This document shows positions 18,707 to 28,900 of a DNA stretch of 64,000 nt, in pieces (the first letter of the stretch is position 1; each line of letters opens with the position of its first letter). The translations under genes and the position numbers were made by a program. The notes beneath the pieces are model-generated. The model worked only from the letters and a program-made list of their open reading frames with translations, had not been told where the DNA came from and did no database searches. Origin of the DNA: a virus (lineage: Duplodnaviria; Heunggongvirae; Uroviricota; Caudoviricetes); the IMG/VR virus record IMGVR_UViG_3300048838_001248, positions 1-64,000 of that record, one strand, 5' to 3'.

Positions 18707-18922
18707 ATGACAATAATGAGAAAGCCGAGAAAAAAAACAAGTGTAGAAAGCATAGCACTGACAACACTAAAGTCAGGCGAATCCTTTTACACACATAAGC
18801 ACGATAAGGATATTACCGCAATTGCCAGTTATTACGAAAAGAAAGTAAAAACTGAAAGACTATTACTTTTAAATACACAAACAGAAACCGTAGAAAAAAT
18901 CGTTAAAGTAACAATTCTATAA
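18707..18922 (+). CDS. hypothetical protein
   Basis: First ATG after promoter 18670-18700. Confidence 0.45.
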   Translation: MTIMRKPRKKTSVESIALTTLKSGESFYTHKHDKDITAIASYYEKKVKTERLLLLNTQTETVEKIVKVTIL

Positions 18923-18924
18923 TT

Positions 18925-19425
18925 ATGAAAAAACTATTTACATTACTGTTAGTGACATTCGTTGTCAGTTGTTGTAATATCATTAATACTGAAACGTATT
19001 ATGTGAACGAAAAATTCCTGCTCATAGATAAAACCCAAAAAGAAATGGTTATTGAAGGCAATACCAAAAATGTTCGAACATGGGTGGTTCAAAGAGTTGT
19101 TGTTGAAGGTGACAGTATTATGACCGCAGAAATTGATGACAGAGGTTGTGGCTGTGGAATTATAACTGACGAAAAGTGGAAAGAAAGAAATGTTGGTGAC
19201 ACCTTGTTTTTCGAATATATAAGAAAAGAAAGGTTTGTTTTGTCGAACAGTATGTGGTGGGGTGATTTGACAGCCGAACCTATTGAGACACAGGAAGCAA
19301 GTACAGTAACACAGGAATCAATAATTAATCTCAACAGTCTCGAAATAGAAAGACGAATTTTGGAAATCGAAAGACAAATATTGTCATTGGAAAGAGAATT
19401 GGAAAAACTAAAACAAATTAAATGA
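18925..19425 (+). CDS. putative lipoprotein with C-terminal coiled coil
   Basis: MKKLFTLLLVTFVVSCC lipobox; LEIERRILEIERQILSLERELEKLK heptads. Confidence 0.5.
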   Translation: MKKLFTLLLVTFVVSCCNIINTETYYVNEKFLLIDKTQKEMVIEGNTKNVRTWVVQRVVVEGDSIMTAEIDDRGCGCGIITDEKWKERNVGDTLFFEYIRKERFVLSNSMWWGDLTAEPIETQEASTVTQESIINLNSLEIERRILEIERQILSLERELEKLKQIK

Positions 19426-19622
19426 AAACTTTAAAAGACGGAACAGAGGTAAGTTCAAGAAGTTATTACTTCTTACTGGATTTCAACGATAGGGATGGTT
19501 GGAAAACACTGGTTGAAAATTTCGGTGTAATGAAACTCCATGACCTGAATCTTGAACAGTATACCCGTTTATTTGAAATAGCAACACAAAGAGAAATTGA
19601 AAATCTTAAAAATAAAAAATGA
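19422..19622 (+). CDS. hypothetical protein
   Basis: 66-aa ORF. Confidence 0.45.
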   Translation: MKTLKDGTEVSSRSYYFLLDFNDRDGWKTLVENFGVMKLHDLNLEQYTRLFEIATQREIENLKNKK

Positions 19623-19918
19623 AAGTCTTTCACGCAAATATAATCTACAGAGGTAGAAGTCTCGATGTGAGGTTCTGTGCTAAAACAATTAAAGAAGCTG
19701 CAGAAATACTTGATTGCAGTGTTCATCACGTAAGAAATTATGTTCACTACAGAAAAATAGATGAACCATTCACCGGAGTATTCGCCACACCATATGGGCA
19801 TGAGGCAAATAAAGTACTTGAACCCCGGAAAGAATATGATTTTGAGGAAGCAAAAAAACTTATCAACGAATATGCTGATAAAGCATGGTCGGAATATTTA
19901 AAAACAATTAAAGAATAA
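19619..19918 (+). CDS. hypothetical protein
   Basis: 99-aa ORF. Confidence 0.5.
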   Translation: MKVFHANIIYRGRSLDVRFCAKTIKEAAEILDCSVHHVRNYVHYRKIDEPFTGVFATPYGHEANKVLEPRKEYDFEEAKKLINEYADKAWSEYLKTIKE

Positions 19919-19920
19919 TT

Positions 19921-20232
19921 ATGGAAGTTAACGGAAAATTTTACTCTCTTTGGGGACAGTTTGTTGAAAAACAACAGGAATTTATTGGTGGAACTCTTGA
20001 AGACACTGGTGATAACATGGACAGGAGCATGGGTTTTAATCCAATGACTACAACAATCACAGGTATTGAATTGAAACCAAATGGTGATGATTCTGCATTC
20101 TTTAGTGTAAGGGGTAAAGACTTTGATTGTGGTTTTGATGTGCAGTATGGTGGCATTGTAGGTGGGGAAAAAGGTTGGTTGACCTTTAGTGGTTATGGTG
20201 GTCACACATGGAGAATAAAAAAGAAGGAATGA
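19921..20232 (+). CDS. hypothetical Gly-rich protein
   Basis: 103-aa ORF. Confidence 0.5.
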   Translation: MEVNGKFYSLWGQFVEKQQEFIGGTLEDTGDNMDRSMGFNPMTTTITGIELKPNGDDSAFFSVRGKDFDCGFDVQYGGIVGGEKGWLTFSGYGGHTWRIKKKE

Positions 20233-20513
20233 ATTGGAAAGAGACAAAGCTAAAGGCAGGTGAAACCTTTATCACATCAGAAAAGGGTAATTCAATGACA
20301 CCCATCATCAAATCAGGACAAGACCATAAACTTGCTCCGGTTAAGATTGAAGAAGTAAAAGTTGGTGATATCGTTTTTTGTAAGGTAAGAGGGAAGTATT
20401 ATACACATTTTGTTAAAGCTAAGAGTGACAAAGGTTGTTTAATTGGTAATAATAAGGGTGGAATTAATGGTTGGAGTAAACAAATCTTTGGAAAAGTTGT
20501 TGAAGTATTGTAA
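20229..20513 (+). CDS. S24-family (LexA/UmuD-like) peptidase domain protein
   Basis: GNSMTPII..GDIVFCKV..GKVV pattern parallels GDSM..GDIV..K of LexA/UmuD C-domain; no HTH. Confidence 0.5.
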   Translation: MNWKETKLKAGETFITSEKGNSMTPIIKSGQDHKLAPVKIEEVKVGDIVFCKVRGKYYTHFVKAKSDKGCLIGNNKGGINGWSKQIFGKVVEVL

Positions 20514-20536
20514 TATCTAATTTTTTATTATATTTG
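20508..20536 (+). promoter_or_regulatory. host-type promoter (weaker -33)
   Basis: ATTG-N18-TATATTTG before gene 20541. Confidence 0.4.
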
Positions 20537-20540
20537 TCTT

Positions 20541-20780
20541 ATGAAAGAACAGTATTTTATTATCAGTAATTCAGATGGTGACACACATGTTGAAGCCGTT
20601 GACAAAGAAACTCTTCTTGAAAGAATAGAAGAAGGATATTATGGTAGAGACAGGGGTGTTTTAGAAGGACTACCGAAAGAAAGTGATACCAACTATTGGG
20701 GTGAAAACATCCTTGTTATTAAGGGTAAGATAGTAAGTCCTGTAGCCGAACAGGTTGTAACTAAATATAACATCGAATAA
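20541..20780 (+). CDS. hypothetical protein
   Basis: Follows host-type -7 box TATATTTG. Confidence 0.45.
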   Translation: MKEQYFIISNSDGDTHVEAVDKETLLERIEEGYYGRDRGVLEGLPKESDTNYWGENILVIKGKIVSPVAEQVVTKYNIE

Positions 20781-20781
20781 C

Positions 20782-21315
20782 ATGAACCATTCCAACGAAA
20801 TCGTAAAAATGTGTGAGGAAGCCAGTAAGACCACTGTGAACAATGAAAAACCATACGAACTATCAATGGTGAAACATTTCATTGAATTGATTGGTGAAGA
20901 AAATTTCAATTGCAAGTTTGAAAATTATTTCATCTATAAAGATGAAGATTTCGATTCTTGCTTCTACGATTTTCATAAATCTATGCGCCAAACCGATTTT
21001 TATGAAATAGGTGAAGGTCATCTTGATATGCTGTTCTGGAACTTTATCCAGATTTCTGATACCACATATGAGGTATTGAAAAAGTATTACAATAAATATA
21101 AAATGCTTGAACAGTACCTGCAGAACATCGGCAAGAAGGTTATGAAATGTAGCATAGGTGAACAAGAAAAAAATCATAAACCATTTAAATCCGGTTTTCA
21201 AACCAACACAATTAAAGATGTGGTCATGCACGAATTCATTGATGAACCCGCATATGTTTTCAATGAAGACGATTCATATGTTGAATGCAGGAGATGTAAA
21301 ATCATAAACGAATAA
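20782..21315 (+). CDS. hypothetical protein
   Basis: 177-aa ORF. Confidence 0.5.
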   Translation: MNHSNEIVKMCEEASKTTVNNEKPYELSMVKHFIELIGEENFNCKFENYFIYKDEDFDSCFYDFHKSMRQTDFYEIGEGHLDMLFWNFIQISDTTYEVLKKYYNKYKMLEQYLQNIGKKVMKCSIGEQEKNHKPFKSGFQTNTIKDVVMHEFIDEPAYVFNEDDSYVECRRCKIINE

Positions 21316-21317
21316 TA

Positions 21318-21506
21318 ATGGCACTCTCACACACAACCCAAACATCGGAAGATATTCTCAAATATCTTAAAGACAGAAAATTTGAACTCAATGATGAAGA
21401 TAAAGAATTCATAAGGAAAACAACTTATGATGCAATTGTCAGTGCTGTTGAATGGGAGTCGAATGGTTGTGATTGTGGACAGATGAGTTGTCCAATTTGT
21501 GGCTAA
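21318..21506 (+). CDS. hypothetical protein
   Basis: 62-aa ORF, C-terminal CxC..CxxC. Confidence 0.4.
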   Translation: MALSHTTQTSEDILKYLKDRKFELNDEDKEFIRKTTYDAIVSAVEWESNGCDCGQMSCPICG

Positions 21507-21518
21507 ATAATAAATATT

Positions 21519-21758
21519 ATGTCAAGAACAACAGTTATAAACGAAAGAACCGGAGAAGAGTTTCCCCGTAAATCCAGAGGTAAGAACGGAAAGGGAAAGA
21601 AATTCTTTGGTTATAGATATGGTGATGCAACCAGTCCCAATGCTAAAAAAGGCGAGGACTTCATCAATGATGGTTATCCCTTTGAAACAAGACATAAGTC
21701 AGTCATTGAACAAAAAATAGCTGACGACTTGACAAAAGAAATGCTTGAAGAAATATAA
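21519..21758 (+). CDS. hypothetical protein
   Basis: 79-aa ORF. Confidence 0.45.
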   Translation: MSRTTVINERTGEEFPRKSRGKNGKGKKFFGYRYGDATSPNAKKGEDFINDGYPFETRHKSVIEQKIADDLTKEMLEEI

Positions 21759-21780
21759 TATTAACTTAAAAACAGAAATC

Positions 21781-22161
21781 ATGACAGGATTATTTTTAGT
21801 AATTTTTGGTATGCTTGGAATATTATTCTTTGCAATATCATTTCTTGATGACTATAACGAAGAAGAATGGAAATTAGCTTCTATAGTTGCATTCGCACTT
21901 ATGGCAATCTGGATAATCGCAATTCCAATCAGTAGAATTGATAGCAAAACAAATGCTGAATACGTGAAGATTCTGCAGGAAACCATTGACGAGAACCGGA
22001 TAAATCAACAGGAGTTTAGCGTGTTGGAGAGAACAGCAATTATCGAAGAAATTAATTCCTGTAATCAGAAAATTACCACATGGAAGACCAAAGGTCAAAA
22101 ATGGTACAACAACAAATGGTATTACCATCCTTCCGTAAAAGAAGCAAAATACTTGAAGTAA
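21781..22161 (+). CDS. membrane protein
   Basis: Two TM helices; start set at MTGLF after upstream stop. Confidence 0.45.
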   Translation: MTGLFLVIFGMLGILFFAISFLDDYNEEEWKLASIVAFALMAIWIIAIPISRIDSKTNAEYVKILQETIDENRINQQEFSVLERTAIIEEINSCNQKITTWKTKGQKWYNNKWYYHPSVKEAKYLK

Positions 22162-22376
22162 TGACACACGAAGAAAGAAGAGCAAAACGTGTTGCGGATT
22201 GCATTGAAGTTGAAATGCGATTCAATGGAGATTCATTCTTGGGTTATAATGATTATAATAGTGACTTTAATGTTCACCATACTGAGATGTTATGTAGTAG
22301 CGATGAACAGTGGGATAAGATTATTAATAGTCTCCGTGAAGAACTCCAGAGAAGAAAAACTCAATTGATTAAATGA
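22161..22376 (+). CDS. hypothetical protein
   Basis: Internal ATG of track ORF 22080..22376. Confidence 0.45.
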   Translation: MTHEERRAKRVADCIEVEMRFNGDSFLGYNDYNSDFNVHHTEMLCSSDEQWDKIINSLREELQRRKTQLIK

Positions 22377-22663
22377 AACTTCATACAGATAGAATTCCGA
22401 AATGGGCAGAAGTCATGGCTGAGTATCCCGCAATACAGGTAGAGAGGTATGCTTATGTTAGACCGTTTAAAGAAGGTGTGAATGCTAATTCACCGGATGA
22501 AATCACAATTAGGGTTGTAGCAAAATACAATAATCAAATCTTCGAGGAAACTTATATCTTTCAGGGTGACGAATATGACATAGCCAAAGAAATAAAGATA
22601 GTAAGAAAGTTAAGAAAAAAAATTACTGAAAAGAAACAACTAATTGAACCTGAACAAGAATAA
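22373..22663 (+). CDS. hypothetical protein
   Basis: 96-aa ORF. Confidence 0.45.
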   Translation: MKLHTDRIPKWAEVMAEYPAIQVERYAYVRPFKEGVNANSPDEITIRVVAKYNNQIFEETYIFQGDEYDIAKEIKIVRKLRKKITEKKQLIEPEQE

Positions 22664-22667
22664 AACA

Positions 22668-23072
22668 ATGAGAAAACAAAAACTTTTGATTTATCTAAGA
22701 CAAAAGGGTTTTGAAATTAAATTCGACCCCCTTTTTATTACATGTACTGATATTAATCAGGCTGTGATTCAAATCAAAAGAAAGAAGTACGTCAGAATTG
22801 ATTACGATAAAATAAAACATCTACTGGCTACTTGGGGTTATGATGTTTCAGACTTCGATGAAATAACAAAGAAACGAGAACGTAGTTTCAAAAGCAAAGC
22901 GGAAATAAAAGACCGTATTAATGGTCTCGAAGAAAAACTATTAGTAGATATTGAAACCTACAAAAACCTGTCACAAATCGACATGTTAAGTAGTACCGGA
23001 AATCAAACACAGATAGTAATTAATAATACCAAGGGTGAAATTAATGCGCTTAAATGGGTATTGGGTGAATAA
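22668..23072 (+). CDS. hypothetical protein
   Basis: 134-aa ORF. Confidence 0.45.
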   Translation: MRKQKLLIYLRQKGFEIKFDPLFITCTDINQAVIQIKRKKYVRIDYDKIKHLLATWGYDVSDFDEITKKRERSFKSKAEIKDRINGLEEKLLVDIETYKNLSQIDMLSSTGNQTQIVINNTKGEINALKWVLGE

Positions 23073-23085
23073 TAAATTTAATAGC

Positions 23086-23304
23086 ATGAATACAAAGCAA
23101 AATTTAGGTACTGATGACAAACCAGTATTAATTAAAGGTACTGAGTTAACAGATGAACAGAGGTCAAAATTAAAGTTTAATGGCATGCAGAATCCCGATT
23201 GGGTTAACAGTCATTCTTTTTACTTCATTAATAACAAACCTGCACCGGAAGACAGTGATTATTATTATCCAGTAATGAATTCCGCATCGTGGCTTCCTTA
23301 TTAA
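23086..23304 (+). CDS. hypothetical protein
   Basis: 72-aa ORF. Confidence 0.4.
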   Translation: MNTKQNLGTDDKPVLIKGTELTDEQRSKLKFNGMQNPDWVNSHSFYFINNKPAPEDSDYYYPVMNSASWLPY

Positions 23305-23448
23305 ATGTTTATTAAGAGAAAAATAAGAAATAAATGCTACGCAATGTATCTTAATAGCGTATGTCTTGAGAATATCTCAACTGAACTTAATCTTAGTATG
23401 GAGGAAGTCGAAGAAATTATTGATTACATGAACGAAATTTATGTCTGA
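23305..23448 (+). CDS. small protein (47 aa)
   Basis: Fills gap before promoter at 23454. Confidence 0.3.
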   Translation: MFIKRKIRNKCYAMYLNSVCLENISTELNLSMEEVEEIIDYMNEIYV

Positions 23449-23453
23449 TAAAT

Positions 23454-23484
23454 TGTAACATTTTCAGATATTCTACGTATAACG
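23454..23484 (+). promoter_or_regulatory. phage ECF-type promoter
   Basis: TTGTAAC-N16-CGTATAAC. Confidence 0.55.
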
Positions 23485-23498
23485 AAAAAACGGAAAAA

Positions 23499-23885
23499 AT
23501 GATTGTCTTAGAGAAATACGAAAAAAAATGGATTCTGCTCTGCAAAGGACAGCTACAAGAAAAATATCCATTCAAAGGCAGATGGCACGAAACCCTCAAA
23601 CCATTATTTATTGAAATATATGGCTGGAATCCAGATACAGATAATAACTATCGTGATTATCTCAATTGTATTTTTAATAAACTCTTAGACACATACTTGA
23701 AAATCAAAGACCAGTGGAGCAGCGAAAATGCACAACTTAAAGAAATCTTCGAAGCTGCATTCTACAAGGGAATCAGTTGCGATGAAGAACTGCCAATTGA
23801 AAGAGCAATTCATAAACTCTGTGGATTGATTCAATGCAATACAGTAGTTAATCCCGATGGCACAAAAAGATACGAACTCTTTTAA
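23499..23885 (+). CDS. hypothetical protein
   Basis: ATG 15 nt after promoter -10. Confidence 0.5.
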   Translation: MIVLEKYEKKWILLCKGQLQEKYPFKGRWHETLKPLFIEIYGWNPDTDNNYRDYLNCIFNKLLDTYLKIKDQWSSENAQLKEIFEAAFYKGISCDEELPIERAIHKLCGLIQCNTVVNPDGTKRYELF

Positions 23886-23894
23886 TTAAAAAAC

Positions 23895-24149
23895 ATGTGG
23901 AAAAGATACAGATTTAAAACCTATGCTGTAGAGGACAACAGACCTCTGGTATTCAACCCCAAATATCCTTGGTGGTGTAGTGGAAGTGGTGAAGATAATA
24001 ATGGCGAATTTGCCGTAATTATAGCCTATCTACCTAAAGACGAAGACCTGTTAAAGTATTGGGACGATGCATTTGATATTGATGCAGAAGACCGGGATGA
24101 AATTACGTTCACAGATAGATTTCCAAAACCAGATTATTTTGAAAAATAG
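23895..24149 (+). CDS. hypothetical acidic protein
   Basis: 84-aa ORF. Confidence 0.45.
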   Translation: MWKRYRFKTYAVEDNRPLVFNPKYPWWCSGSGEDNNGEFAVIIAYLPKDEDLLKYWDDAFDIDAEDRDEITFTDRFPKPDYFEK

Positions 24150-24190
24150 AGAAGCAGTGGATATCGAAATCAAAGAAAGAATTTAAATCA

Positions 24191-24718
24191 ATGTTAATAA
24201 ACCTAACCCCAAACCAAGAAGAAATCGAAAGGCGCAAAGCAATTGCTGCTGAACATAATTTCGAATATATTCCACAATCCGACCCCAAGTGGTTACAGGA
24301 AACCGGAATATACCAAAGCAGTTTTCCATTTAACTTCCCCAAGGAAGAATTTATTGAAGAACTCGATGGCTGGCATTACAACGAAAGCAAGAAAAAGCCA
24401 GATGAAACCGATTTACAATGCTATGCCCGAACCTATAAGAATTGGGTAAGCCAATACGGTGTCGCTGATAATATAGAACAGATTAAGAAGTTCTATAAGA
24501 AACAAATCAAAAGTAAAAAAGAGAAATTCTGCATAGCACTGTCTCCTGTGTGGCAGGACAGAGAAAACCGAGGCAAAGGCGGTGGATGGCGTTGGCATAA
24601 ATGGGGAACTTATATCGGTGAACTCAATCCACAACACGAATATCTGGATGACGAAGACTTCGGAGAAAACTTCGAATACGTTATTTGTTTTCATTTGTAT
24701 TACGTGAAAGATAATTGA
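24191..24718 (+). CDS. hypothetical protein
   Basis: 175-aa ORF. Confidence 0.5.
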   Translation: MLINLTPNQEEIERRKAIAAEHNFEYIPQSDPKWLQETGIYQSSFPFNFPKEEFIEELDGWHYNESKKKPDETDLQCYARTYKNWVSQYGVADNIEQIKKFYKKQIKSKKEKFCIALSPVWQDRENRGKGGGWRWHKWGTYIGELNPQHEYLDDEDFGENFEYVICFHLYYVKDN

Positions 24719-24726
24719 ATTCTTTT

Positions 24727-24757
24727 TTGTAACCTTTTTACTTGATTTACGTATAAC
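24727..24757 (+). promoter_or_regulatory. phage ECF-type promoter
   Basis: TTGTAAC-N16-CGTATAAC. Confidence 0.55.
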
Positions 24758-24772
24758 GAAAAAACTATAACT

Positions 24773-25297
24773 ATGGGATTAGGAATACATAGTGACGGAA
24801 TTCACACAGTTTATGAAATACCACTTAATTCAGGACATGATGAAAAGTGGAATGACCGTTCGTGGCTCATAGAACACTTACGTCAACTTGCAGATAAACT
24901 CGAAGAAACAAAATTTGAAGTCTATGTTGTGGGTATTGAAATGGATGCTCAATATAAAACACCAAAATTATTTATCAAAGGTTGGGAACATAAAGAAGAT
25001 GTTCTGGCTGATATTATTGATGGTGGTGGAGAATTATTCACAGATTGGATACCAGAAGCACATATTTCATTGAGTCAATTTCAAGGACTTCCAGATAAAC
25101 AAAAATGGGAAATATTTGAAAGTCTTCTTAATATTGAGTGGACTTGTCCTGAGTGTGGAAACGTCATGGATAAACCCCATACAGTAATTCAAGGTGGTCT
25201 ATTCTGCAGTCATTGTGATGAACTACTTACAAAAAGAACTGGTGGTGGTCAAAATAATCCTTTTAATTGGTCATTCAGAAGAATAAATGAAAAATAA
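24773..25297 (+). CDS. zinc-finger protein
   Basis: CPECG..CSHCDE; promoter at 24727-24757. Confidence 0.5.
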   Translation: MGLGIHSDGIHTVYEIPLNSGHDEKWNDRSWLIEHLRQLADKLEETKFEVYVVGIEMDAQYKTPKLFIKGWEHKEDVLADIIDGGGELFTDWIPEAHISLSQFQGLPDKQKWEIFESLLNIEWTCPECGNVMDKPHTVIQGGLFCSHCDELLTKRTGGGQNNPFNWSFRRINEK

Positions 25298-25300
25298 ATT

Positions 25301-25819
25301 ATGAAAAAATCTGATATAACACCACAGATGTTTGAAGACTGGAAAGCAGAAATGCGTGAAGTTTTTAAAAATGACCCGAATTCAATGAACTTAATTGCAG
25401 TGGGACTCAGAGTTATTGCTGACGAAAGTAAAACCGAATTGCATGAAAACTGGAATAAACAACTATTGCAGTTCTTCGAAAACGAATTATCACGTAAAAA
25501 TGAATTGGTTTGTGAACACTGTGGTAATAAACTTGAAATTTATTACACCGCTCAGTGTTTTCATTGCCTACCATGTAAACCCAAAATAGAAAATCACGAG
25601 GGTAACTATCTTTGTGCCGTCAAATGGATAAAGAACCAAGAACCGGAATTTAATGAAGACGTGATTTGGAATTATATCTGTAATTACGATATTCTCAGAG
25701 GCAATGACACATATATGGTACTGCCGGAAGAAACCCAAGATGAAAAATATAATGAGAATATCAAAATATTTCTCAAACACTATCCCGAAAAAAATATTAA
25801 ATGGTTTGTAAGTTGGTAA
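25301..25819 (+). CDS. zinc-ribbon protein
   Basis: CEHCGN...CFHCLPC. Confidence 0.5.
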   Translation: MKKSDITPQMFEDWKAEMREVFKNDPNSMNLIAVGLRVIADESKTELHENWNKQLLQFFENELSRKNELVCEHCGNKLEIYYTAQCFHCLPCKPKIENHEGNYLCAVKWIKNQEPEFNEDVIWNYICNYDILRGNDTYMVLPEETQDEKYNENIKIFLKHYPEKNIKWFVSW

Positions 25820-25835
25820 TATAAAAATAGATAAA

Positions 25836-26747
25836 ATGAAAGAGATTATTCTTGACAACACCCTGACAATTGATGGCAGAGATTTTAATGAATTTGATGC
25901 CAAGTACTTCTTCAAAGATAACCAAGGTTATGAGGCTGTAACCACCATGAACACCAAAATAGTACACCGGAATTATTTGGACTACCTGACCCTATGTTGG
26001 AAACGTCATTATGGCGTTATCGTAAGTCCAACAATTCTTTGGAATATGGTGTTAAATAACCTTGCATATAAAGTTAACCAGACACCAGATGTGTTTCGTA
26101 AATACTTTACGGACTCCGATGAAAAACAAGAAATCTGTATAAAACAAGGCGGTAATCTTATTGATGTCAAACTACTGGTTGAAGGTGTTATGGGTAGAAT
26201 ACCCACTGATATTGTTGTACCATGCTTCGTTGTCGGATATTCAACAGATACACAGAACTCCAAGATTGCAAACTACACGGCTTTTCTTGATATGGTAAGT
26301 CCATATTATAATTATTCCATGTATCTCTGTGGCATACCAAAGGTCAAAGTGCTTGGCACTGATGAAGATTGGGAAAAATTCTGTGATAATACCACGGCAA
26401 TTGCTAAAATCATACCGGAATTTGAAACCTATCTGACTGCGGTAAGACTTAAAATATATTCATTACGTAACGACACTCTCGACTTTTCTAATATGTTCAG
26501 ACTTGACAGGTGTGGTTCAGGTAGCCAAGTAGAAGTTGCTGGTTGGATTCGTGATTTTTATATTGAACAACCACATGTTTCATACCCGGAGAATTTCATA
26601 TCATGCATGGCAAAAATTGATTACCATAATTATAATGATGGTCAGGACTATCGTATGTTTGCAGGATTGTTTAATTCCGAAATACAAGATGGTTACTTAA
26701 TGCCGTATTTTGACAAAATGTATTTTCAAAAGTCAAAAAACTCTTAA
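25836..26747 (+). CDS. hypothetical protein
   Basis: 303-aa ORF. Confidence 0.55.
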   Translation: MKEIILDNTLTIDGRDFNEFDAKYFFKDNQGYEAVTTMNTKIVHRNYLDYLTLCWKRHYGVIVSPTILWNMVLNNLAYKVNQTPDVFRKYFTDSDEKQEICIKQGGNLIDVKLLVEGVMGRIPTDIVVPCFVVGYSTDTQNSKIANYTAFLDMVSPYYNYSMYLCGIPKVKVLGTDEDWEKFCDNTTAIAKIIPEFETYLTAVRLKIYSLRNDTLDFSNMFRLDRCGSGSQVEVAGWIRDFYIEQPHVSYPENFISCMAKIDYHNYNDGQDYRMFAGLFNSEIQDGYLMPYFDKMYFQKSKNS

Positions 26748-26757
26748 ACGAACTATC

Positions 26758-27054
26758 ATGATAGACAGACAGAAATTCTTAGAACCAACAAAGAAATATA
26801 CAGAAGAAAATTCTTTGTTATCGAATAGAACACCCGAAATAGCCAAAGATTGGTTCAATGCAGACCTGATATTTTTTGCCGTTCAATATAAGAACGCTGA
26901 TTATCAACAATCAGTACTCGTGCAAATGGCTTTTGATAAATTCCAAAAGCATTATGAAATAAGCCAGACTTATGCAGAAATCAGCGAACTATTTGGTGAA
27001 TATTCCAAAGAAAGTTTTGATGAACTCATGATAGAACTTGTAAGACAGGGATAA
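26758..27054 (+). CDS. hypothetical protein
   Basis: Internal ATG of track ORF 26710..27054. Confidence 0.45.
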   Translation: MIDRQKFLEPTKKYTEENSLLSNRTPEIAKDWFNADLIFFAVQYKNADYQQSVLVQMAFDKFQKHYEISQTYAEISELFGEYSKESFDELMIELVRQG

Positions 27055-27058
27055 AGAT

Positions 27059-27319
27059 ATGAACTCATTCTTAAATAAAAACATGATGAAAGCAAGTGAA
27101 GCAAATATTAAGGCAAAAACTTATTTAAGTACTGTTGTTCCAAAAGAGCAATACCATACAATTATGACAAGTATTAATTACTTGACCACACAGGGCGAAT
27201 TCAATTTGTGGGAAGAATGGCTGCACGAAGATGTTATTGCCAGACTTCGTAATGAAGGATATACAGTAAAAAAATTGTGGAATGGTGGTTATAATATATC
27301 ATGGAAAAACTGTTCTTAA
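27059..27319 (+). CDS. hypothetical protein
   Basis: 86-aa ORF. Confidence 0.45.
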   Translation: MNSFLNKNMMKASEANIKAKTYLSTVVPKEQYHTIMTSINYLTTQGEFNLWEEWLHEDVIARLRNEGYTVKKLWNGGYNISWKNCS

Positions 27320-27423
27320 ATAAAAACAGATGGATGTAAATGCGAAAATAGCGTTGTGGATTATTTTGACTGTGGTTCTGACATGGATAGTTAGTAATTT
27401 AAAGCATAAATCGAAATAAAGAT

Positions 27424-27858
27424 ATGGAACTCAAATTAGGAAACTCCTGCGGGTCTTGCATACATAGCAATAGACCAAAAACACCAAGAGAACATGCAGC
27501 ACACTACGAAGTAGCAAAAACAGAACGCTGGTGCTTTAAACACAATCAACACATAACAAGGGAAAGTAGTTGTGATGACCATGAAGGCGTAAGTCGTGCA
27601 GCAAAAACTGCATTCACCAGACTAATAAAATATAATGCCAGACGGAAAGCAATATTAGAACTCGCTGAACTAATGACCAACAAACCCGTTATAACCAGAG
27701 ACCGTATTTATTTTGCTAAAAACAATTGGGTGTATTATGTCTATGGTAATGATTTAAAAAAATTAAATGAATCAAACAACTATTACCATTATTCTCTGAG
27801 GTCAAAAGAAAGTAGCACAGATAGAAAAATTAAAGAAATTAAAGAATACTTAAAATAA
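27424..27858 (+). CDS. hypothetical protein
   Basis: 144-aa ORF, N-terminal CxxC. Confidence 0.5.
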   Translation: MELKLGNSCGSCIHSNRPKTPREHAAHYEVAKTERWCFKHNQHITRESSCDDHEGVSRAAKTAFTRLIKYNARRKAILELAELMTNKPVITRDRIYFAKNNWVYYVYGNDLKKLNESNNYYHYSLRSKESSTDRKIKEIKEYLK

Positions 27859-28052
27859 TGGAAACCGGAATAAAACAATTCAGGTGTGGTTCATGTGGAG
27901 AAAAAAAGCACGAACTATATATTAAACCCACAGGAGAAATACTTGTGGAATGCTGTAATCCTAAATGTAAAAACGTAAGCATGATTGCCGTAAGTATACC
28001 TAAAATTACCGTGAGTAATTATAGCGGTGATGGATGCATAGCAGTGTTTTAA
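27858..28052 (+). CDS. zinc-ribbon protein
   Basis: CGSCGE...CCNPKC. Confidence 0.45.
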   Translation: METGIKQFRCGSCGEKKHELYIKPTGEILVECCNPKCKNVSMIAVSIPKITVSNYSGDGCIAVF

Positions 28053-28056
28053 AACC

Positions 28057-28446
28057 ATGAGTAAAAATATTAAAATAAAAAAACTGGTTGACCTTAAAAA
28101 AGGAGATAAATACTATTCACACGATTGGGAAGATGATTCAGTTTATGAACTACTGGAACTTATTATCATTCACGGTGACAATAACAGAATAATCTATAAG
28201 GAAAGAAAAATTGGTACTGATGTAATTATCAGTCATGAGGTACAAGGCTTGGAAGTAGTTAATCATGCCGGAGTTTGTATGTATCGTGGCAGAGATAAAG
28301 GAAGTTTTATTTCAGGATTTAAAGCAGCAATGCGTCTTTATCAAAAATATATGCAGGTCTTCGATAAAGAAAATGCGGGTCTTAATAACCATTTCTTAAT
28401 ATGGAAAACAATGCATGAAGAATATGAAAAGTGGAAAGTAAAATAA
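28057..28446 (+). CDS. hypothetical protein
   Basis: 129-aa ORF. Confidence 0.5.
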   Translation: MSKNIKIKKLVDLKKGDKYYSHDWEDDSVYELLELIIIHGDNNRIIYKERKIGTDVIISHEVQGLEVVNHAGVCMYRGRDKGSFISGFKAAMRLYQKYMQVFDKENAGLNNHFLIWKTMHEEYEKWKVK

Positions 28447-28892
28447 GCTATGTAAATTTAAGTAAATCAGTTACTTAGTCTTATACTGGCATTGCTTCAT
28501 GACATCAGTAATTCCTTATATGTACTATAACTATGGTTTATGTGTACCTAAAACTTATGTTTTTACAGTTTTTTGTACCTTTTTATAATCCCTGTGGGAT
28601 ACTGATTATCAGGTAGTTATACGCTGGCAAATAAATGTTGGTGGTTTATGGTGGGACTTTTTGGGGTATAGTGGGAGAAATTCATATGAAAACAGCCGAA
28701 ATGTAGTCCCGGCACACGCAACTTCCCAGCAGATTATTTTTTATAGAAAATCGATTTTATAATTTTTTATAATTTTTAAATAAAGTTCATATCCCCGGAC
28801 TCAGGATGTGCATAAACTGTATTATTCATATAAATTTACATATGTTTTTGACAAACGGAAATAAAACTATTGCTTTCCGGTTAAGAACTATT

Positions 28893-28900
28893 TATATTTG
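28893..28900 (+). promoter_or_regulatory. host-type -7 box
   Basis: TATATTTG 25 nt before ATG 28925; -33 element unclear. Confidence 0.35.
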
